A stretch of DNA of 64,000 nt from Azolla caroliniana (GCA_043228905.1 JBHGNT010000001.1:15748001-15812000); one strand, 5' to 3'; shown: positions 1-12,004, counted from the first letter of the stretch. Notes: generated by a model not told the origin, from the letters alone. A program made the numbers and translations.

Positions 1-1435
1 TGTGACTCGCATATTTCTTTCATCACTTGAATCGCATCGATCTTGGTCGGTGACGGTCTTCGGCCGTAGGGCCCACATAGATGTCCGACTACCAATATCT
101 CTTCTTCCCCAAATTCTGATTTCTCCCCGGAAAGTGTTAGGTGCACATCTTCTAACTTTCGAAGCACTTTCTCGCAATCGCGAATATGGTCGACTACGAA
201 CTGTCGGCATCCCCGATCATCCATAGTCTCATCTTTTTCTTCCACCGTGCATCCTTTTATCGGAATGTCATCTAGGAACGACATCATTATCTCCTGAATG
301 CAGTCCCAGAGCACCTTGTTCATTGCATTCATCATATGTGCGACCGAGTTTGTTGCGCCTTGTGGTAGTGTGCACATACGGACTAATCCTATCGGTGTCC
401 GCATGGTAGTGATGTCTCGGCTCTCCATGGCTAGTTGGAATTGGTCATATCTGGAGTATAGGTCCCCGATGGAGTATATCGCGCGACCGGCAAAGGCTTC
501 CGCAAATTCGTCCACTATCGGACCGACTCCGGAGTTCCGGATCGTGACCTTGTTCACCGGTTGCAAATCTTGAATAAATCGGAGTGACCCATTCTTCTTC
601 AGAACTGTAAACCATCGATTTGAGTACGAAGCATTTGATGGCTCTAGAATCCCCATCGCCACCTTCTCCTTGAGCAAGTCGATGACTTTCGGAATATGCG
701 CCCGTGGCACCGAAATCGGCTTCAAGTTCCACTGCACATGGTCAATCGTGAAGATCACCATCGGCTCCACTATCTTCGGATCAACGCACCCTATCTCCCT
801 TGATGTGAATGCGAACGCTTTGCCATGTTGCTCCAACATCTCAAAAACCATTCTTCTTCTTTTTGTAAGAGGAAACCACCTCCACCGATACGAAGTTTCT
901 TCCGGGTCTCATTCGTGAAGCCATGTCCGATATCCACGGACTTCCTAAGTGTCGAATCTCCCGAGACTTCTTTCCTCTTTTGTTCGCTATCGGCGAGTAG
1001 TGCTCCCGCGTCTGGTTTCACCTTCTTCTCCACGGTCTTGTATTTCGTACTTACCATTGCTTCTTCTTTGCGGAGCGCATCCGGCCCCATTTTCATAATG
1101 ATCTTGTACATCTCGACCGATTCCACCGGGACTACCCGGTCTCCCTGTCTTGTATCTTTCGCGAGCTCTTCAAGCCGTTGTAGCGTGCTCCCATAGAACA
1201 CTTCTTTGACTATTCCCACGATTTCTTCATCTTCTTTTATTATTGATGCCGACCGTACCTTATCCACCACTTTTCGGTATTCTTTCTTCATTCCTCCGGT
1301 TATGGCTGTGTACGTAGATGCCCCATCCGAACCAATTCGTACTTGTTTTGCTCCGAGAGTTTTCTTCCTGTGTGGGGTATCAGGGCTTCTCAGACTATCA
1401 CTTCCGCCCTCCACAACAGTCCACTCTAAAAATCC
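1..1435 (-). pseudogene. pol (RT) region of the Gypsy element, in the -1 frame relative to gag-PR
   Basis: ORF 791-1414 plus frameshifted RT segments (AGRAIYSIGDLYSRYDQF, MCTLPQGATNSV, FLDD). Confidence 0.85.
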
Positions 1436-4132
1436 ATCTTTGTTTGGGACAAGAGCTCTCTCTTGTTCCTTTCATGATTTGTCGGCACCGTTAGGAATTG
1501 GACGGATTTCCCTCCGTTTTGGCTCCGAATTCGTGCAAAAGCCGCACCGCTATCGAGCACCTTCGTCTCCATCCGTGATGTCGTGATAAAGGGTTGCCCG
1601 AGGATCACGGAGTGTGAGACCTCGTCTTGTACGAAGAAATTTTGGTCGATCTCGACATCCCCGATCTTCACCGTCACATCCGAACAAGCCGCAAATAGAT
1701 CTTCCGTTGCTTTAGTGGCTGCCCGGATCTTCCATCCATGGTTAGTGTTTATAGGCCACTTCCCCTTCCGGTAGAACTCCTTGGACATCAAATTGATCTC
1801 CAATCCGTGATCAATCAATGCTAGCACGGGCTCTTTGATGTTGCCAATTCGGACCGGAGTCTCCGTAGTTGTACGTGCCCAGTGGGGCCTTGTGTAGTGG
1901 GAGTTCGGTATTTCGTCCTCCACTTCGGTGTCATTCATTAAAACGGTATTTGCAATAACTCTTGGAGCATTTTCCTCCGTACTTTGTCTTTTTCTCTTCA
2001 CGAGATCCACAAGAAGATCATGGAACTCCTTCGCTATTCCGAGTAATTCCCGAAGTGAAAATTCTACCCGGCTATCGAGGATTCTCTCTTCGAACACCTT
2101 TTTCAAGTCTGTTTGTTGTTTGATGTCTGAGGCGAGCTTGAATGCCGGAATCGCCTTTTCTTTTCCCTTCCCTCCGGAGTTCCAACTTTCCGGTGTCTTT
2201 GATGGTCTGGCCGCATCATCCGTGCGCCGTCGTTTTTCATCCACATACACTTCATGCAATTGACATAGGGCGTATACGCTATTCTTATCGACGGGGCACT
2301 CCCATCCCGTAGCTTCTAGGATGCCTTCCGTGGTGCTTCGGATCTTGTTGGAGTCGGTTTTCTCAGTGTTTTCTAGCATTTCCGGTCAAAAAGACACATT
2401 TGCTCCCGATGACTCCCCGACACGTATTCCCGCGGTTGTCGGGTAATTGCTCTTTGCCGCTATTTCCTTCTCTAGGACCTTCTTCATGCTGCCTTTTCGG
2501 AAGTTCGGTCGGAGTGGCTTCCGAGAGTCCATCGAATGAATCCGATTTCCCTCGTAGTAGATAAGATCCCGTCATAGCGCTTCCTTGTGCTTGTCGCAAT
2601 CCCTCCGATCATATTCAGTGCTATCGCACCATATGCACCGACGGTCCATATACTTGGAACTTGTGGGACGGTCATCTGACTTCTTCACCATCGCAATTTT
2701 TAGATTCTCCATCTCCTTCAGCAACTGCTCCACCGTAGTTGCGTCGATTCCCTTCTCGGTCGTAGTTTCCCGAGCCCGTTGTCGTGACGATTTTTGGCTA
2801 CGGTGTGAAACCGAGTGAGACGAATAAACCAAGGATGTGCAACATTGCACATGCACTTAGCAAATAAACCTAAGGCCTAGTGGCACTTGAGTTTATATAG
2901 AGGGGTGCAAGCAAGGTTTGAACCTTGCACATCTAAGATACAAGATGATTGCCTTACTATTAGGACAACTATCATATAGTGTAGATTTTATGTATTTCCT
3001 TTTTATATACGAATTATGGATGAAACAACCATAGAAAACCATGTGCACAAAACCATGGTTCTAAACCCATGGTTTGTGCATGACATAAGCAAAACCGTGT
3101 GCACAAAACCATGGTTTTGTGCATGTCACAAGCATGGAAAGACCTATAAAAGCCTCTAGTTGGGCTTGTGTAAGGGGGGCTCAATATGTGATATCACCAA
3201 CACCATTATCATCAATATAATTATATTTGTCTTTATCTTCTTCATATTTTTCTACTTCTCAAGTGTACAATCTTTCTTCTTCTCAAGTAAACCAATTTCA
3301 TCTAATCTTACATTGATCTTCATCTCTTCGATAATTCTGCAAACATCCTCCCCAGTCCAAGACCCCGGTGGTCGCTCGAGTAGCACACACATGCGCGAAT
3401 CTTCGCGACATCGCGGTTGATGGTCTTCCGATCCGGATCTCGGTTTCGGAATTGGTTCTGAAACCCTCTTTTCGTTGTTGGCAAGCCATTGCCCCCTCTT
3501 TGTGTATCGTGCGACGATATCCCGCACGATTTCCCATGTTTCAGTAAGGCCACTCTCGGTAGTCATGTCCTCTAGAAGCACTCCAAGATCCTTCTGGTCC
3601 CGGACGTCTATGGCTCGTAAGAACATGATAACTTTGTCTGGTGCAAGGATAGCTTGATCTCTCACAGACAACCTCCCGAACCGACTTTCGAATGTCGAAA
3701 ACACATCGAGGACCTTCATCCCCTTGTTCGGTGTTTCCACCCAATCCTCGAATCCTCTCCATGTTGCCTTGGAGGATTCCTCGATAGCGAACGTGGTCTT
3801 TAGCGCCTCTTCAAACGCTTCCCACATCGGATTTTGTTGTCGTAGCCCATGGATACTTGCTTGAAGCCATCGGTAGCCACCCGGTTGAAGTATGTCACTT
3901 GCAGTCCTTCCGAAATCCCGCACCGTAGCATTTCCGCCTTGTAGTCCCGAAGATAGCGTGATACGTCCTTTCCGTTGAATTGCCCGATCCGTTGCACGAG
4001 CCGCTCTACTGCCACCGCTATCTCCGACATCGCACGTTGTTCTTGAAGCACCCGCTCGAACATCATCATCATGTTGTTAGCCTCCGGTTGATTTTCCATC
4101 TCCTTGCCACCCGTTTTCACGTCGGGTTCCAC
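1426..4132 (-). pseudogene. gag-protease region of the Gypsy element, frameshifted and interrupted by a solo LTR
   Basis: ORF fragments homologous to the gag copies at 56960 and 58276-59996; ends ...KMDF-TAG at 1426. Confidence 0.85.
2780..3410 (+). mobile_element. solo LTR inserted in gag
   Basis: Termini TGTCGTGACGATT...AATCTTCGCGACA form an imperfect inverted pair; TATA box at about 3144; flanks CCGT/TCGC can be reconciled to a decayed 4-bp TSD CCGC that restores the gag frame (QPR-ARE); a related LTR start lies at 14356. Confidence 0.85.
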
Positions 4133-4133
4133 A
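4117..4133 (-). promoter_or_regulatory. primer binding site, tRNA-Trp type (slightly mutated)
   Basis: TGTGGAACCCGACGTGA vs the perfect TGGTGAACCCGACGTGAA at 59992-60009; 4 nt from the LTR end in all three copies. Confidence 0.85.
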
Positions 4134-4766
4134 CTTGTGTCGTGCCTTTCGGCGCCGGATCGTTTGTGTGAATCAGGTGGGAACCACTGAGGTTTTGTAC
4201 TAGGAGAAAAGAAAATTCTAAGGAAATGAAGAATATGAAATATGTTGTAAGAAAGAAAGATATGAAAAGCTCGTGAATCCCACGAGTATAGTGTATTAGT
4301 GAGTACTCAGATTAAGAGAGAAAAACAGTTAGCAAATTCGTGAATCCCACGATTATATTATATTAATCCACCCTTGTAAAATAAGCAACAACCCCCATAC
4401 ATCTTTCTCTCCTCCTTATATAAGGATGGAAGAGGCTAAGCATAGCTTCATGCTTTTTCTAAAGTGTTCATGCACACTAAATGTGCATGAGTTGCCTTTT
4501 TACACTATGCTTTTATTTCCTAAATATAGTGCTCATGCTTGCTAGATATGCACGAGTCATTTTTTATTGGTGTACATTTTTCTTATAAATAAAGTATTCA
4601 TGCATTCTAGAAAATGCATGACTTACTTTTTAATAAAGGTAGACGTAAATAAAGGTCTTATACGTATTAAATCTATATTTAGAACACTTAGGATAAGTTA
4701 GTACAATGGTAAGGTTGGGGTTTGTCTTCGTGGGGGTACAGGGTTTGAATCTTGCCCTATGCACGT

Positions 4767-5505
4767 TGTCGTACCTTTCGGCTCTGGATCGTTGCATGAG
4801 TCGGGTGGGAACCACCAGGGTTTTGGACTAGGAGGAAGAAGAATTTGAGACGATTATAATTATGAGTAGATTATTAGAAACTTGTGAATCCCACAAGTAT
4901 AATGTATTTTATTGATTAATATTTATGTAAGAATATGTATTTAGATTGATAGAGAAAGATATAGAAATCTTGTGAATCCCATGAGTATAGTTTATTAATT
5001 GGTGTTTTAAGAAATATATCCAATTTCCCAAATATTTCACACACCTATTACATTGTGCTCCCCATCCTTATGTAGTGATGAGGGAGTCTTAGGAATCCAT
5101 GCTTCTTCTTCTTTTCTCTAACTATAGACTCCATGCTTTTCCTATAGATAGACTCTATGCTTTATCTAATGTGATTATGCTTTTTCTAACTTGTGCATTT
5201 TTTATCAACTATAGCGTTCATGCACGCTAGATGTGCATGCGTAGCTTTTTCTTTTGGCATGCGTTTTTCTTTTAACTAAAGTTTATCTTACGTGAACTTA
5301 CTTTTTTTATGTGTGACATCTACTTTTTAATATGAATAAAATGCTAGTGTAATGGTAAGACATTACATTATTAACATGGAGGTGCAAGGTTTGAATCTTG
5401 CCCTATGCATGTTATATATATTTTAATATTTTCTACTATTTATTCATATTTATTAAATCGGTACTTTATAAGTTTTTCACGTAGTGTACAAAATACACTA
5501 CGACA
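4767..5505 (-). mobile_element. solo LTR nested inside the same-family 5' LTR
   Basis: TGTCGTACC...CACTACGACA, homologous to the host LTR; 4-bp TSD ACGT at 4763-4766 and 5506-5509. Confidence 0.9.
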
Positions 5506-5608
5506 ACGTAATAAATATTTTTAATATTTTATTTTATTTATTATACGTACTTTAAATCGGATATAGTATTTTACATATTTCACGTAGTGTGTGATTCACA
5601 CTACGACA

Positions 5609-6460
5609 ACGCTCCTGGTTGTGTCGGCCTTGGCCGAATCGACCTCTCCTTCTGTGGCTTTGTCCTCTTCCTCCATCGAATTCGAATATAGCATTTGTCC
5701 GTCATGTGTGTTGTTCCTTTGATGCACGTGATTCTCTTCAACCAACAACAATGATTGGAGATCAAAAAAGGAGGGAGGATTCTCTCTCGCAAGAACGGTT
5801 GATCTTATTGCGTGAAAGCGTGGTGCCAAGCCACCGAGGCATATCTGCACCATTTCTTCGTCGTCAATGCTAACATTGATCGATCCAAGGGCATCGCACA
5901 ACTCCTTGATCTTTAAGGTGTAGTTGTTGATTGACATGTCCCTTTGTTGAAGATTGTTCAGCTCCTATCGAAGTTGGAGATTTCGTGCGGCCGTATTGGC
6001 TTCAAAAATCTTCTTGAGGTTTTCCCACGCCTGCTTCGGCGTTTTTGCCTCTCGAATGTAGCCAAGCATGTGATCATGAACGCATGATGCAAGGCAATAC
6101 AGCACACGGCTTGCAGCCTGCTCCCAAGCGGGATAGTCGACGTGTGTTGGGTTGGGGTGTGATTCGTGAGTTCCTTCGATGTAGCTCCAATAGCCTTGTC
6201 CGACAAGATATTGATGCATCTTGTATTCCCAAGATGCAAAGTTCGTTTTGTCGAGCTTCTCGGTAGGAAGGGTGCTTCCCATTTGAGTATTCATGGTGAT
6301 TTCTTCTCTGTCGATGGGCCGGTTCTATTGATCGTCTGCATGCAGCACAACACAGTCGAAAATGCTTGATCAGGCAACCACACGCTCTGATACCATGTGA
6401 AGAAAAGAGGAGGCAAGAGTTTTGTAATGCAACAGAAGATGAGTGTGTGTGTGTGTCTCA

Positions 6461-6509
<49 letters not shown>

Positions 6510-6693
6510 AACTGTATATTAACCAAAATTACATCAAGCATAAAACATCCAACAATAACTAAGTTACAATGCGTTGGTTTATATACCAACTAAGCTAGGG
6601 CAAGTGCCCTTTCTACTATTTACAAAACTAGCCCAACATGTCCATGAGCTAGTGTGAAACCTATCTATGGGAAGTTGAGTTCGACTCTCAACA
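5609..6693 (-). mobile_element. Ty1/Copia 5' portion (LTR, PBS, gag), interrupted by the Gypsy
   Basis: LTR 6396-6693 (TGTTGAGAG...TTCACA on the minus strand); PBS TGGTATCAGAGC (tRNAi-Met) at 6384-6395; gag KLDKTNFASWEYKMHQYL in ORFs 5965-6294 and 5596-5937. Confidence 0.92.
6465..6507. repeat. (GA)n microsatellite inside the Copia LTR
   Basis: direct reading. Confidence 0.95.
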
Positions 6694-8649
6694 GGATCGC
6701 ATGTCAGAATTGGGTTTCTTCGTGTGTCGGTAAAGTGCTTTGGAGGGAACTCATAGAAAAAGAGGTACTAGTTTGAGCTCTATCCAAAGCAAGGACACAG
6801 TCGACTACTTGCTCGATTGTTTGTTGTGAGTCGGTTAAGGCTAAAATCGTGTGAAAAGGCTCCCGTAGACCTGCAAGGAATGTGTTGTGTCCTTTAGATG
6901 ATTTGCGGACACATCATGAGCGAGTTGGCGATAAAGATCCTGGAAGTGTGTCATGAACTGGATACCGTTTCATTTGGCTACTGTGCGATTGCGTAGAACT
7001 GTCGGAGTAGTTCTCACTTGGGTATCTCTCGATGGAATAATTCGAGGAATCAATTGCAGACGTCTTGAAACATCACAAATTCTCCTAGGTCATGCTAGGA
7101 ATACCATCGAGGGTCAATGTGAACTCCGTGATTTTGGACGAGTCTGCCTCGGCAGCAGTCAGATGCTTGCGTCGAGTGGTTGGCTTGCCATGTCGACAAG
7201 AAGGTTTTGATGTGTGATTCTGCATCGGGGCCATCCCTGTGATGCTAATACAGATACACCTTGGACAAACACCCTCGAGTAATCGGGTCACTGATTCTAA
7301 TTGGTCACGCTCTCTCTAAATATAGATCTTGAATCTAAACGTATTCACTCTAGCTCGAAATAAGGATATCTTCTGTCTCCCTTCCCTTCTGCTACTTTAT
7401 GATTTATATAGCCTTCTCTATTCTTGGCGTGCTTCAACTACTTTCTCCTAATCTTCGACTTATGTCTCGGCTACTGTATTTCAGTTACTTTCCCCCTTGG
7501 CTGGTAGTGCTTAGGTCGTTTCCTCTTTTCACGCTTGTCCTACTCATCCCCTTTCATACATCACTTTTACGATCCTTTTTCACACCTTTGTTCTTATTTG
7601 TCGCACGGATAACAGTGTTCACACACATCACTACTGAAATATCTAAACAAAAATGAGTTCATCAAAGAAGAGTGCCTCGACATTCAACATGGATGAATTC
7701 ATCAGAATGGCATATTAGGGCTTAAAAGTGAACTAGGAGAAGTTGCCAATAGTAAAACCCGAAAGAAGATGACAAAGGACGTACTCGTGAGTCGAACATC
7801 ATCATGAAAGAGGAGCATGATAAATAAGAAGCACCTTTCATAAAAGAGGATGTATGATATGAAGAGATGGTTGAAGGGGAAGGACTTGAACGTAATGCTT
7901 TCTTGACATGTAAATGTAAAGGGGAAGGAAGAAAATCTGAAGAAATGGAGAAGGGTGCATATAAGACATGTTGATGTAGTTCAAAGAGTTTGAGTGTTTA
8001 GACAATGGCAGGAATGCCTTCTTTGAAGCTTCAACCACAAGCTTTATCAAAATTGAGGATAAGAAGAAGAAAGCTACAATGATGTTCCAAATGATGTAAT
8101 GTCGAGCATCTTTGAAACATTGTTCCTTGAAGTTGATCGGAAACTAATTGATGAGAATGAAAGGAGTGGTCTTGCACGAGTTTGATACTCTCCTTCCATT
8201 TCGCCTCATTCTTCTCATGAGCTTCGTCCCATGAGCTCGGTATATCAACTATTTCTTCTTCAACTTCACTCCATTGTGGAAACATTCTTCCGTTTAAGTA
8301 ATATTCATGGTAAGACGCATTGTTGCCATGATGCACGAACGTGTGGTACTCAAGCGGGACGGCGGGGGATCTGAACTAAGGAGGGCATGGTGTTGTACGA
8401 GAAGACCTTTAAACCCCCTTTGCAGTTGGGTTGCCTTTTGTAATCACATCTTTCAAGAAATAGCTCTTCCACAAATCTAGGCTCGAGGAACTTCGAGTCG
8501 AGGAAATATTAGACTAGAGACATGGAAATCCTTCTCCTTTCGACGGCACCGCGATTTGATCTTGCTCTACAACAATTCCTTTATACATGCACATATATGA
8601 ATGCATTGATATATGTTTTGCCAACTATTCCGGATCAAAGTCATGATGA

Positions 8650-9400
8650 GCAAAGGACAAGAGATGAACAAGAAGAATGGAATAGGAGTTGTTAACCATA
8701 TTGACCACCCCAAGCGAAGGACGAGAGACAAACATAAAATATCACTAGTGTCCCATATTGGCGAATATTACCGTTATCCTACGACATGGTTGTTGAAATA
8801 GTGAAATGGAAGAAGTGAGCATAACAACCTCACCAATAGAGTCTCTATAGCATCTCAAGATGTTGTAAGGAATTGGGATAGCTAATCCCCTTTAAATTCA
8901 ACACCTAAGGATCAGAAATGGTTCGAGCAAAACTATGATTTGGTGGAGCGACCACACTTTGTTCTATTGTTTAACCCAATAATTGAAACTTATCACATGT
9001 ATAGTTAAGAATATTTGCATTTTTGTAGAGAACCAAGTGTAATGTCCTTTCCGTGGCATAAACATGTGCTTGTTATTCTTCTTCATGGCTTGTTTGAGTA
9101 CCATTTGTTTCATGGCTTATTTAACATGGTTTTGGTTCCTGACACTTTTGATTCCATATGCCAACAACGTTTCCTACTCATGCTATGTGAGCCCTTTAGG
9201 ATTGATGTAAAAATGAAGTCATTTTGAGGATCCAACTATTTGGATTATAGATTGTTGAACATTTTTTCCACTTATATATATATATAGATTATCTCTTCAT
9301 TCGAGAAGTCATTTGGTACACGAAGTCCTATTTCCGCCATTTCTAACCTAGAAAAGTTGGGCAACGTTGTTTGCAACATTTGAGCCATGTGCAAGGATAG
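8650..9400 (-). mobile_element. highly decayed retroelement remnant, copy 1 (probable chromovirus-type integrase 3' region)
   Basis: Clear nucleotide similarity to 11700-12540 (e.g. GGAGTTGTTAACCA vs GGAGTTCTTAACCA; ATCTCTTCATT(C/T)GAGAA). Confidence 0.45.
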
Positions 9401-9630
9401 TGAGTGTGTCCCGATAGTTCCGTCGCGCTTTGTATTGCATCATCTTAAGCAGCAACATATTGTCGGCAAAACCACATTACGTATATATCATAGATGGTGC
9501 AATGATATAGAAGCATGATGGGATGGTTAGTGGTAGTGGTAGTGCGTGCGTGTGTGTGTGTCATGATGGGCGAATGAATAGATGGAATACAAAAAGAGTA
9601 GAAATGGAAAAGTGTAGTGTATCAGTGTTT

Positions 9631-9671
9631 GTCCCACATAGAGAGGACGGAGAGTAAGGGAGCTATAAATA
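9631..9671 (+). promoter_or_regulatory. U1 snRNA promoter: USE and TATA box
   Basis: GTCCCACATAG at 9631-9641 (plant USE consensus RTCCCACATCG); TATAAATA at 9664-9671, 32 nt before +1. Confidence 0.88.
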
Positions 9672-9695
9672 AAGGGCTGTGAGCAGCGGCTGAAC

Positions 9696-9858
9696 ATACT
9701 TACCTGGGCGGGGTCTATCGGTGATCAGCAAGGCCGATGGCTTAGGGCCGGCGCCTCCATTGCACAGCCGGAGGGGCTGTTTACCCTAGCATCTCCCCAA
9801 TGTGGGAGAGTGCACGTCATAATTTGTGGCAGCGGGGGTTCGCGTTCGCGCGGCCCCT
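9696..9858 (+). ncRNA. U1: U1 spliceosomal snRNA
   Basis: 5' ATACTTACCTGG; loop I GATCAGCAAG; loop II ATTGCAC; Sm site AATTTGTG; terminal stem-loop with TTCG loop; about 163 nt; has a promoter. Confidence 0.97.
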
Positions 9859-10956
9859 TTCAAAAACTCTCCAATCAAACAAGTGAGGTGCTGGTCCTTG
9901 GAAATCCTGCTGGAATGTGGTTTTACTGATAATATATATGGGAACAAGTTTGGGTGGAGCTTAGTGTGTGTGCTTGTAAACGAGTAGACTGTCAAGGCAT
10001 CGGTAGAGAGGACATGTGATAAAAACATACATACACATGTATATATGTATGTATAGGGTATAGAGGAGTAGATAATATATAGATCCATGAACGTAAATAT
10101 TAAATTAGGTAAACGGGAGGGGGACATGGCGAAATAGTTAAAGCGAGGCTCATGTATGTAGGCAGATGCATATATGTATATATATATATATATATCCATA
10201 CACCCCTCTGATCTCATGCGACCAAATTCAATAGAATCATGGGAATACATACATCCTCCGAAAGGAAGGAAGTGCAAAGAGAATTGTGAGTAGGCTGACG
10301 GGGAGTTATATCTTGTACCAGCCCTACACTGGCCATTGCTTGTTCTCCGAGTCGTGCATATTATTTCCATTTTCTGGGCACGCCCATGACAAGCGGCATT
10401 AGTGGCCCATCCAGAGAATAGAGAGCAGTTGACTGTGAAATCTAGTTTCACCTTGCCGCGTGAATCGGACAAAGTTGGTCTCAGCACAATGCATGGGCCC
10501 GTCCCCACCCAAACAGTGGGTATTTTCCATGTGCACATCCATCATATATCCCCTTGCCATGTATATAAATATGCATTACAATAATCTGTTCCTGCGACCG
10601 ACCATGGCCCCCACCCCTCAGTAACTTACTTTCCCATTCCTGGCCTCCACTCAATTCGTCCACATCCATCTAATCCCCCACTAACCAGTTGGAATGTGTA
10701 CACTGCTTGTTTAGTCATATGCATGACTATAATTCAGATCTGTGTGTTTAGTCATATACTTGACTATAATTCAGATCCGACTGCATGCGAGGTTTCCAGT
10801 CAAGAAGTTCACCAGCATCCCTGTAACTGGAAGCGGCACTTCCGTCACATACTTTTGAATTAGTTGGAAAATGACTTCTAATGTCTGCAACAGATCCTAC
10901 CATACATTTTAACCTTCCTTCCCAAGGAAAGTGGAGGATTTTCGATAGATTGTAGT

Positions 10957-11162
10957 GGGGACGCGCCTGTATGACCTCGGCGTCAGTGCTAAGCCGAGGC
11001 GACGCACGCAGCTCCCAGAAACAGCAAGCTGCCTCAGGCGAGGGCTGCCCCCATGAAAGAAATTAGGTTAATATCATGTGGCCTTATAGACCACGTATCA
11101 GATATTAAACTGATAAGAACAGATACTACACTTGATCTTAGCCAAAAGGCCGAGAAAGGTAT
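10957..11162 (-). ncRNA. U2: U2 spliceosomal snRNA (variant 3' half)
   Basis: ATACCTTTCTCGGCCTTTTGGCTAAGATCAAGTGTAGTATCTGTTCTTATCAG including the branch-point recognition sequence GTAGTA; stem IV CCTCGGC/GCCGAGG; 3' end approximate. Confidence 0.95.
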
Positions 11163-11187
11163 GATTTGGTATGAGCTTCTACTTCCA

Positions 11188-11228
11188 TACTTATAGGCTA
11201 CACGTAAGCAGCCTTCCATATGTGGGAT
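11188..11228 (-). promoter_or_regulatory. U2 snRNA promoter: USE and TATA box
   Basis: ATCCCACATAT at 11228-11218; TATAAGTA at 11195-11188, 33 nt before +1. Confidence 0.85.
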
Positions 11229-11699
11229 AAATCGATATAAATGTCTCTCTCTCCCTCTCTCTCTACTACTTACTTTTAACCTTATATAACCTTCCCGTCC
11301 TCTCTCTCACACGAAGCCTAGAGACATGATCCTTATGCTAGTATGCAAGATCCAACGTCAATCGCACATCATCATCGGTTTGTCTTGCATAACTCCTTAT
11401 CTCGGCCGATGAATCACCATACATATACATACATTTAACAAGCGCATTGATGACAATGAATGAATACTAATAATGCCCAGAAATAAAGTAGATGAATCAT
11501 ACATTACAAAATCATGGAAATATTTGTTCATGTCCCATCTACCCAAGGACGTTGAGATGCATGTATTAAACTTCCTTATCGGCTCGTTTCACCACCCCAT
11601 AACATAGCGTCATGCCTTATTTTCATTAAAGGGTTTAGGGTTTAGGGTCCATTCAATCATATATGCAACACATACAAACTTGTTGACATTTTTAGGTAA

Positions 11700-11963
11700 A
11701 CATGGAGCCTTTTGGCCAAGGAGAATAATGGATTAGGAGTTCTTAACCACACCGACCACCTCGAGCAAAGTTCAAGAGAAACATAAACTACCATCAGTGT
11801 CCCATTTCACTAAATATTACCATGTGTTGTACCTTGGTTGTTGAAATAATGGATATGATGTAGAGAGTTTAACCTCGCCGATAGAGTCTCGATCACGTCT
11901 CCAAATGTCCCAATGAAGGCGGTTGCAAGTCCCCTTTGTACATGTCAACGTCGAAGGTTCCCC

Positions 11964-12004
<41 letters not shown>

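Larger units (their letters stand above)
1..5608 (-). mobile_element. Ty3/Gypsy LTR retrotransposon (tRNA-Trp PBS group), degenerate; 5' LTR, gag, protease and RT, running off the window's left edge
   Basis: 5' LTR 4138-5608 (TGTCGT...ACGACA); PBS at 4117-4133; gag in ORF pieces 3800-4132, 3252-3923 and 2572-2856 with a decayed Zn knuckle CIWCDSTEYDRRDC; protease LIDHGLEINLM in ORF 1426-2379; RT motifs LPQGATNS and FLDD at about 270-370. Confidence 0.93.

Noticed and set aside
6694-8600. Possible old Gypsy gag remnant or host gene
   Set aside because: No interpretable ORF or splice structure; too decayed to support a call
9786-10538. 250-aa minus-strand ORF
   Set aside because: Overlaps U1 in antisense, runs through (TA)n low-complexity sequence and has no domain; chance ORF
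11034-11219. 61-aa ORF
   Set aside because: It is a translation of the U2 snRNA gene and its promoter
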